Below the pieces are notes generated by a model. That model saw nothing but the letters and a program-made list of their open reading frames with translations. It was not told where the DNA came from and ran no database searches. DNA of 18,828 nt, from positions 1-18,828 of the forward strand of contig NEEC01000435.1 of the NCBI GenBank assembly GCA_002189035.1, given 5' to 3'. A program made the translations under genes and the position numbers. The number at the start of each line of letters is the position of its first letter. The first letter of the stretch is position 1. Of this stretch, positions 1-9,566 are shown in pieces. The stretch is from Utricularia gibba. Lineage: Eukaryota > Plantae > Magnoliophyta.

Positions 1-3000
1 GCCTCGGAATGAGCTTCGACACGGTGTGTCGTGTAAACGTGGCTCATCACGGTTTTCAAGATATCGATAAAATACGGAATGGTGCACGAGGCCTGCATCA
101 GGTGTGGGTTGGAACACAACCGTGGCATTGTAAGGGATCGCCTCAAAAACAAAAATTTCACACCTTCCAATGAAATGCATATGTTTTGCAAGCGAGAAAT
201 CACATTTGCGTCGAATTGGAAGCCCCGAGTCGCATCATCGCGAACGTCGTGGCCACTTTGTGGCACAATTGAAGGCTAATATAAGGCAATAATTCGATCT
301 CTGATACATTGTCGGACGACGAAGCTTCAAAAACGGAAGATGACCGCCCTGGAATGAGCTTCGAAACGGTGTGTCGTGTGCAACAAGGCTCATCACGGTT
401 TTCAAGATATTTACAAAATACGGAATGGTGCACGAGGCCTGCATCAGGTGTGGGTTGGAACACACCGTGGCATTGTAAGGGATCGCCTCTAAAACGAAAA
501 ATTTCATACCTTCCAATGAAATCCATATGTCTTGAATGCGAGAAAACCCATTCGCGTCGAATCGGAAGTCCGAGGTCGCATCATCGCGAACGTCGTGGCC
601 ACTTTGTGGCACAATTGAAGGCTAATATAAGGCAATAATTCGAGCTCTGATACATCGTCGGACGACAAAGCTTCAAAACGGAAGATGACCGCCTCGGAAT
701 GAGCTTCGAAACGGTGTGTCGTGCAAACGTGGCTCATCACGGTTTTCAAGATATCGATAAAATACGGAATGGTGCACGAGGCCTGCATCAGGTGTGGGTT
801 GGAACACAACCGTGCCATTGTAAGGGATCGCCTCAAAAACAAAAATTTCACACCTTCCAATGAAATGCATATGTCTTGCAAGCGAGAAATCACATTCGTC
901 GAATTGGAAGCCCCGAGTCGCATCATCGCGAACGTCGTGGCCACTTTGTGGCACAATTGAAGGCTAATATAAGGCAATAATTCGAGCTCTGATATATTGT
1001 CGGACGACGAAGCTTCAAAAACGGAAGATGACCGCCCTGGAATGAGCTTCGAAACGGTGTGTCGTGTGCAACAAGGCTCATCACGGTTTTCAAGATATTT
1101 ACAAAATACGGAATGGTGCACGAGGCCTGCATCAGGTGTGGGTTGGAACACACCGTGGCATTGTAAGGGATCGCCTCTAAAACAAAATTTCACACCTTCC
1201 AATGAAATCATATGTTTTTGAAAGCGAGAAATCCATTCGCGTCGAATCGGAAGTCCGAGGTCGCATCATCGCGAACGTCGTGGCCACTTTGTGGCACAAT
1301 TGAAGGCTAATATAAGGCAATAATTCGAGCTCTGATATATTGTCGAACGACGAAGCTTCAAAACGGAAGATGACCGCCTGGAATGAGCTTCGAAACGGTG
1401 TGTCGTGCGCAACGTGGCTCATCACGGTTTTCAAGATATCGAAAAAATACGGAATGGTGCACGAGGCCTGCATCAGGTGTGGGTTGGAACACAACCGTGG
1501 CATTGTAAGGGATCGCCTCAAAAACGAAAAATTTCACACCTTCCAATGAAATCCATATGTTTTGAAAGCGAGAAATCATTCGCGTCGAATCGGAAGTCCG
1601 AGGTCGCATCATCGCGAACGTCGTGGCCACTTTGTGGCACAATTGAAGGGTAATATAAGGCAATAATTCGAGCTCTGATATATTGTCGGACGAAGCTTCA
1701 AAACGGAAGATGACCGCCTGGAATGAGCTTCGAAACGGTGTGTCGTGCGCAACGTGGCTCATCACGGTTTCAAGATATCGATAAAATACGGAATGGTGCA
1801 CGAGGCCTGCATCAGGTGTGGGTTGGAACACAACCGTGCATTGTAAGGGATCGCCTCAAAAAACAAAAATTTCACACCTTCCAATGAAATGCATATTTTG
1901 CAAGCGAGAAATCACATTTGCGTCGAATTGGAAGCCCCGAGTCGCATCATCGCGAACGTCGTGGCCACTTTGTGGCACAATTGAAGGCTAATATAAGGCA
2001 ATAATTCGAGCTCTGATACATCGTCGGACGACGAAGCTTCAAAAACGGAAGATGACCGCTCTGGAATGAGCTTCGAAACGGTGTGTCGTGTGCAACAAGG
2101 CTCATCACGGTTTTTCAAGATATCAAAAATACGGAATGGTGCACGAGGCCTGCATCAGGTGTGGGTTGGAACACAACCGTGGCATTGTAAGGGTCGCCTC
2201 TAAAACAAAAATTTCATACCTTCCAATGAAATCCATATGTTTGAATGCGAGAAAACCCATTCGCGTCGAATCGGAAGTCCGAGGTCGCATCATCGCGAAC
2301 GTCGTGGCCACTTTGTGGCACAATTGAAGGCTAATATAAGGCAATAATTCGAGCTCTGATATATTGTCGAACGACAAAGCTTCAAAAACGGAAGATGACC
2401 GCCTGGAATGAGCTTCGAAACGGTGTGTCGTGCGAAACGTGGCTCATCACGGTTTTCAAGATATCGATAAAATACGGAATGGTGCACGAGGCCTTCAGGT
2501 GTGGGTTGGAACACAACCGTGGCATTGTAAGGGATCGCCTCAAAAACAAAAATTTCACACCTTCCAATGAAATGCATATGTTTTGCAAGCGAGAAATCAC
2601 ATTTGCGTCGAATTGGAAGCCCCGAGTCGCATCATCGCGAACGTCGTGGCCACTTTGTGGCACAATTGAAGGTAATATAAGGCAATAATTCGAGCTCTGA
2701 TACATCGTCGGACGACGAAGCTTCAAAAACGGAAGATGACCGCCTGGAATGAGCTTCGAAACGGTGTGTCGTGTGCAACAAGGCTCATCACGGTTTTCAA
2801 GATATTTACAAAATACGGAATGGTGCACGAGGCCTGCATCAGGTGTGGGTTGGAACACACCGTGGCATTGTAAGGGATCGCCTCTAAAACAAAAAATTTC
2901 ATACCTTCCAATGAAATCCATATGTTTGAATGCGAGAAAACCCATTCGCGTCGAATCGGAAGTCCGAGGTCGCATCATCGCGAACGTCGTGGCCACTTTG

Positions 3001-6000
3001 TGGCACAATTGAAGGCTAATATAAGGCAATAATTCGAGCTCTGATATATTGTCGAACGACAAAGCTTCAAAACGGAAGATGACCGCCTGGAATGAGCTTC
3101 GAAACGGTGTGTCGTGTAAACGTGGCTCATCACGGTTTCAAGATATCGATAAAATACGGAATGGTGCACGAGGCCTGCATCAGGTGTGGGTTGGAACACA
3201 CCGTGGCATTGTAAGGGATCGCCTCAAAAACGAAAATTTCACACCTTCCAATGAAATGCATATGTTTTGCAAGCGAGAAATCACATTTGCGTCGAATTGG
3301 AAGCCCCGAGTCGCATCATCGCGAACGTCGTGGCCACTTTGTGGCACAATTGAAGGGTAATATAAGGCAATAATTCGAGCTCTGATACATCGTCGGACGA
3401 CGAAGCTTCAAAAACGGAAGATGACCGGGAATGAGCTTCGAAACGGTGTGTCGTGTGCAACAAGGCTCATCACGGTTTCAAGATATCGAAAATACGGAAT
3501 GGTGCACGAGGCCTGCATCAGGTGTGGGTTGGAACACAACCGTGGCATTGTAAGGGTTCGCCTCTAAAACAAAAATTTCACACCTTCCAATGAAATCCAT
3601 ATGTTTGAAAGCGAGAAATCCCATTCGCGTCGAATCGGAAGTCCGAGGTCGCATCATCGCGAACGTCGTGGCCACTTTGTGGCACAATTGAAGGCTAATA
3701 TAAGGCAATAATTCGAGCTCTGATACATCGTCGAACGACAAAGCTTCAAACGGAAGATGACCGCCTGGAATGAGCTTCGAAACGGTGTGTCGTGCAAACG
3801 TGGCTCATCACGGTTTTCAAGATATCGATAAAATACGGAATGGTGCACGAGGCCTTCATCAGGTGTGGGTTGGAACACAACCGTGGCATTGTAAGGGATC
3901 GCCTCAAAAACAAAAAATTTCACACCTTCCAATGAAATGCATATGTTTTGCAAGCGAGAAATCACATTTGCGTCGAATCGGAAGCCCCGAGTCGCATCAT
4001 CGCGAACGTCGTGGCCACTTTGTGGCACAATTGAAGGCTAATATAAGGCAATAATTCGAGCTCTGATACATCGTCGGACGACGAAGCTTCAAAAACGGAA
4101 GATGACCGCTCTGGAATGAGCTTCGAAACGGTGTGTCGTGTGCAACAAGGCTCATCACGGTTTCAAGATATCGAGAAAAATACGGAATGGTGCACGAGGC
4201 CTGCATCAGGTGTGGGTTGGAACACAACCGTGGCATTGTAAGGGATCGCCTCAAAAACAAAATTTCACACCTTCCAATGAAATCATATGTTTTGAAAGCG
4301 AGAAATCCCATTCGCGTCGAATCGGAAGTCCGAGGTCGCATCATCGCGAACGTCGTGGCCACTTTGTGGCACAATTGAAGGGTAATATAAGGCAATAATT
4401 CGAGCTCTGATATATTGTCGGACGAAGCTTCCAAAACGGAAGATGACCGCCCGAATGAGCTTCGAAACGGTGTGTCGTGCGCAACGTGGCTCATCACGGT
4501 TTCAAGATATCGATAAAATACGGAATGGTGCACGAGGCCTGCATCAGGTGTGGGTTGGAACACAACCGTGGCATTGTAAGGGATCGCCTCAAAAACAAAA
4601 TTTCACACCTTCCAATGAAATGCATATTTTGCAAGCGAGAAATCAATTTGCGTCGAATTGGAAGCCCCCGAGTCGCATCATCGCGACGTCGTGGCCACTT
4701 TGTGGCACAATTGAAGGCTAATATAAGGCAATAATTCGAGCTCTGATACATCGTCGGACGACGAAGCTTCAAAAACGGAAGATGACCGCTCTGGAATGAG
4801 CTTCGAAACGGTGTGTCGTGTGCAACAAGGCTCATCACGGTTTTCAAGATATCGACAAAATACGGAATGGTGCACGAGGCCTGCATCAGGTGTGGGTTGG
4901 AACACACCGTGGCATTGTAAGGGTTCGCCTCTAAAACAAAAATTTCACACCTTCCAATGAAATCCATATGTTTGAATGCGAGAAATCCATTCGCGTCGAA
5001 TCGGAAGTCCGAGGTCGCATCATCGCGAACGTCGTGGCCACTTTGTGGCACAATTGAAGGCTAATATAAGGCAATAATTCGAGCTCTGATACATCGTCGA
5101 ACGACAAAGCTTCAAAACGGAAGATGACCGCCTCGGAATGAGCTTCGAAACGGTGTGTCGTGTAACGTGGCTCATCACGGTTTTCAAGATATCGATAAAA
5201 TACGGAATGGTGCACGAGGCCTTCATCAGGTGTGGGTTGGAACACAACCGTGGCATTGTAAGGGATCGCCTCAAAAACAAAAATTTCACACCTTCCAATG
5301 AAATGCATATCTTTTGCAAGCGAGAAATCACATTTGCGTCGAATTGGAAGCCCCGAGTCGCATCATCGCGACGTCGTGGCCACTTTGTGGCACAATTGAA
5401 GGCTAATATAAGGCAATAATTCGAGCTCTGATACATCGTCGGACGACGAAGCTTCAAAACGGAAGATGACCGCTCTGGAATGAGCTTCGAAACGGTGTGT
5501 CGTGTGCAACAAGGCTCATCACGGTTTTCAAGATATCGAAAAATACGGAATGGTGCACGAGGCCTGCATCAGGTGTGGGTTGGAACACACCGTGGCATTG
5601 TAAGGGTTCGCCTCTAAAACAAAAATTTCATACCTTCCAATGAAATCCATATGTCTTGAATGCGAGAAAACCCATTCGCGTCGAATCGGAAGTCCGAGGT
5701 CGCATCATCGCGAACGTCGTGGCCACTTTGTGGCACAATTGAAGGCTAATATAAGGCAATAATTCGAGCTCTGATACATCGTCGAACGACAAAGCTTCAA
5801 AAACGGAAGATGACCGCCTCGGAATGAGCTTCGAAACGGTGTGTCGTGCAAACGTGGCTCATCACGGTTTTCAAGATATCGATAAAATACGGAATGGTGC
5901 ACGAGGCCTGCATCAGGTGTGGGTTGGAACACAACCGTGGCATTGTAAGGGATCGCCTCAAAAAACAAAAATTTCACACCTTCCAATGAAATGCATATGT

Positions 6001-7570
6001 TTTGCAAGCGAGAAATCACATTTGCGTCGAATTGGAAGCCCCGAGTCGCATCATCGCGAACGTCGTGGCCACTTTGTGGCACAATTGAAGGGTAATATAA
6101 GGCAATAATTCGAGCTCTGATATATTGTCGGACGACGAAGCTTCAAAACGGAAGATGACCGCCTGGAATGAGCTTCGAAACGGTGTGTCGTGCGCAACGT
6201 GGCTCATCACGGTTTTCAAGATATCGACAAAATACGGAATGGTGCACGAGGCCTTCATCAGGTGTGGGTTGGAACACAACCGTGGCATTGTAAGGGATCG
6301 CCTCAAAAACGAAAATTTCACACCTTCCAATGAAATGCATATGTTTTGAAAGCGAGAAATCCCATTCGCGTCGAATCGGAAGTCCGAGTCGCATCATCGC
6401 GAACGTCGTGGCCACTTTTTGGCACAATTGAAGGGTAATATAAGGCAATAATTCGAGCTCTGATATATTGTCGGACGACGAAGCTTCAAAAACGGAAGAT
6501 GACCGCCCTGGAATGAGCTTCGAAACGGTGTGTCGTGCAACGTGGCTCATCACGGTTTTCAAGATATCGATAAAAATACGGAATGGTGCACGAGGCCTGC
6601 ATCAGGTGTGGGTTGGAACACAACCGTGGCATTGTAAGGGATCGCCTCAAAAAAAAATTTCACACCTTCCAATGAAATGCATATTTTGCAAGCGAGAAAT
6701 CACATTTGCGTCGAATTGGAAGCCCGAGTCGCATCATCGCGAACGTCGTGGCCACTTTGTGGCACAATTGAAGGCTAATATAAGGCAATAATTCGAGCTC
6801 TGATACATCGTCGGACGACGAAGCTTCAAAAACGGAAGATGACCGCTCTGGAATGAGCTTCGAAACGGTGTGTCGTGTGCAACGGCTCATCACGGTTTTC
6901 AAGATATCGAAAATACGGAATGGTGCACGAGGCCTGCATCAGGTGTGGGTTGGAACACAACCGTGGCATTGTAAGGGTTCGCCTCTAAAACAAAAATTTC
7001 ACCTTCCAATGAAATGCATATGTTTGAAGCGAGAAATCCCATTCGCGTCGAATCGGAAGTCCGAGGTCGCATCATCGCGAACGTCGTGGCCACTTTGTGG
7101 CACAATTGAAGGGTAATATAAGGCAATAATTCGAGCTCTGATACATCGTCGGACGACGAAGCTTCAAAAACGGAAGATGACCGCTCTGGAATGAGCTTCG
7201 AAACGGTGTGTCGTGTGCAACAAGGCTCATCACGGTTTTCAAGATATTACAAAATACGGAATGGTGCACGAGGCCTGCATCAGGTGTGGGTTGGAACACA
7301 CCGTGGCATTGTAAGGGTTCGCCTCTAAAACAAAATTTTCATACCTTCCAATGAAATCCATATGTCTTGAATGCGAGAAAACCATTCGCGTCGAATCGGA
7401 AGTCCGAGGTCGCATCATCGCGAACGTCGTGTGGCCACTTTGTGGCACAATTGAAGGGTAATATAAGGCAAAATTCGAGCTCTGATATCGTCGGACGACG
7501 AAGCTTCAAAACGGAAGATGACCGCCTCGAATGAGCTTCGAAACGGTGTGTCGTGCGCAACGTGGCTCAT

Positions 7571-7646
7571 CACGGTTTCAAGATATCGACAAAATACGGA
7601 ATGGTGCACGAGGCCTTCATCAGGTGTGGGTTGGAACACAACCGTG
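7571..7646 (-). ncRNA. Hammerhead-ribozyme-like motif, type III topology (unverified)
   Basis: The minus strand reads CACGGU-U-GUGU-UCCAACCC-ACAC-CUGAUGA-AGG-(31 nt)-CUU-GAAA-CCGUG. This gives a 6-bp helix III, a GUU triplet, a 4-bp helix I and the core CUGAUGA/GAAA. Helix II has only 3 weak pairs. Most other copies read CUGAUGC and GAAAA. Confidence 0.25.
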
Positions 7647-7873
7647 GCATTGTAAGGGATCGCCTCAAAAACGAAAAATTTCACACCTTCCAATGAAATG
7701 CATATGTTTTTGAAAGCGAGAAATCACATTTGCGTCGAATTGGAAGCCCCGAGTCGCATCATCGCGAACGTCGTGGCCACTTTGTGGCACAATTGAAGGC
7801 TAATATAAGGCAATAATTCGAGCTCTGATACATCGTCGGACGACGAAGCTTCAAAAACGGAAGATGACCGCCT

Positions 7874-8216
7874 GGAATGAGCTTCGAAACGGTGTGTCGT
7901 GTGCAACAAGGCTCATCACGGTTTTCAAGATATTTACAAAATACGGAATGGTGCACGAGGCCTGCATCAGGTGTGGGTTGGAACACACCGTGGCATTGTA
8001 AGGGTTCGCCTCTAAAACAAAAATTTCATACCTTCCAATGAAATCCATATGTCTTGAATGCGAGAAAACCCATTCGCGTCGAATCGGAAGTCCGAGGTCG
8101 CATCATCGCGAACGTCGTGGCCACTTTGTGGCACAATTGAAGGCTAATATAAGGCAATAATTCGAGCTCTGATACATCGTCGAACGACAAGCTTCAAAAC
8201 GGAAGATGACCGCCTC
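7874..8216. repeat. Representative subtype-B monomer (no. 24)
   Basis: Diagnostic states: AACAAGGCTC, ATTTACAAAA, CACACC, GTTCGCCTCTAAAA, TTCATACC, AAATCCATATGTCTTGAATG, AAACCCATTCGCG, GAATCGGAAGTCCGAGGT, TCGAACGACAA. Confidence 0.9.
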
Positions 8217-9241
8217 GGAATGAGCTTCGAAACGGTGTGTCGTGTGCAACGTGGCTCATCACGGTTTTCAAGATATCGATAAAATACGGAATGGTGCACG
8301 AGGCCTGCATCAGGTGTGGGTTGGAACACAACCGTGGCATTGTAAGGGATCGCCTCAAAAAAAAATTTCACACCTTCCAATGAAATGCATATGTTTTGCA
8401 AGCGAGAAATCACATTTGCGTCGAATCGGAAGCCCCGAGTCGCATCATCGCGAACGTCGTGGCCACTTTGTGGCACAATTGAAGGCTAATATAAGGCAAT
8501 AATTCGAGCTCTGATATATTGTCGGACGACGAAGCTTCAAAAAGGAAGATGACCGCCCTGGAATGAGCTTCGAAACGGTGTGTCGTGTGCAACAAGGCTC
8601 ATCACGGTTTTCAAGATATCGACAAAATACGAATGGTGCACGAGGCCTGCATCAGGTGTGGGTTGGAACACAACCGTGGCATTGTAAGGGATCGCCTCTA
8701 AAACAAAATTTCACACCTTCCAATGAAATGCATATGTTTTGCAAGCGAGAAATCACATTTGCGTCGAATTGGAAGCCCCGAGTCGCATCATCGAACGTCG
8801 TGGCCACTTTGTGGCACAATTGAAGGCTAATATAAGGCAATAATTCGAGCTCTGATACATCGTCGGACGACGAAGCTTCAAAACGGAAGATGACCGCTCT
8901 GGAATGAGCTTCGAAACGGTGTGTCGTGTGCAACAAGGCTCATCACGGTTTTCAAGATATCAAAAAATACGGAATGGTGCACGAGGCCTGCATCAGGTGT
9001 GGGTTGGAACACACCGTGGCATTGTAAGGGTCGCCTCTAAAAACAAAATTTCACACCTTCCAATGAAATCCATATGTCTTGAATGCGAGAAACCCATTCG
9101 CGTCGAATCGGAAGTCCGAGGTCGCATCATCGCGAACGTCGTGGCCACTTTGTGGCACAATTGAAGGCTAATATAAGGCAATAATTCGAGCTCTGATATA
9201 TTGTCGGACGACAAAGCTTCAAAACGGAAGATGACCGCCTC

Positions 9242-9566
9242 GGAATGAGCTTCGAAACGGTGTGTCGTGCATCACGGTTTTCAAGATATCGATAAAATAC
9301 GGAATGGTGCACGAGGCCTGCATCAGGTGTGGGTTGGAACACAACCGTGGCATTGTAAGGGATCGCCTCAAAAACAAAATTTCACACCTTCCAATGAAAT
9401 GCATATCAAGCGAGAAATCCATTTGCGTCGAATTGGAAGTCCGAGTCGCATCATCGCGAACGTCGTGGCCACTTTGTGGCACAATTGAAGGCTAATATAA
9501 GGCAATAATTCGAGCTCTGATACATCGTCGGACGACGAAGCTTCAAAAACGGAAGATGACCGCTCT
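9242..9566. repeat. Short variant monomer (no. 28, 325 bp) with two internal deletions
   Basis: About 11-12 nt are missing at 9270/9271 (GTCGTGC^ATCACGG) and 6 nt (GTTTTG) at 9406/9407 (GCATAT^CAAGCG). Confidence 0.8.

Larger units (their letters stand above)
2063..8559. repeat. Higher-order block, copy 1 (monomers 7-25), matching 8901-15378 at a 20-monomer offset
   Basis: Rare variants recur 20 monomers later: AAGGGTCGCC (7/27), AAAACGAAAATTT (10/30), ATCGAGAAAA plus GAAATCATATG (13/33), GCATATTTTGC (14/34, 20/40), ATGCATATGTTTGAAG plus GGGTA (21/41), CCTTCATCAG plus TTTGAAAGCGAGAAATCACATTTG (23/43). Confidence 0.7.

Noticed and set aside
40-120. RNA polymerase III A/B boxes (TGGCTCA..., CTTCGAAAC) suggesting a tRNA- or SINE-derived unit
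   Set aside because: Both are partial matches, and the better B-box-like site lies upstream of the A-box-like site. No cloverleaf or poly(A) tail.
491-548. Phased A-tracts implying intrinsic DNA curvature
   Set aside because: A-tracts are few and clustered, and are not repeated at ~10.5-bp spacing along the monomer.
551-566. CENP-B-box-like TTCGCGTCGAATCGGA
   Set aside because: The spacing between TTCG and A is 5 nt rather than 4, and the end is CGGA rather than CGGG, so it fails TTCGNNNNANNCGGG.
646-672. Plus-strand hammerhead near-match CUGAUAC...GUC-GGAC-GAC-GAAG
   Set aside because: G8, A9 and A15.1 are all wrong, and no helix III or NUH site can be built.
351-695. Monomer as a dimer of two ~171-bp halves
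   Set aside because: No similarity is visible between the two halves at that offset.
6641-6665. Homopolymer-length and single-base indel variants (e.g. CTCAAAAAAAAAATTT, TTT/TTTT/TTTTT, CCC/CCCC/CCCCC)
   Set aside because: They are scattered, mostly unlinked to haplotype and typical of long-read error, so they were not treated as biological unless linked across copies.
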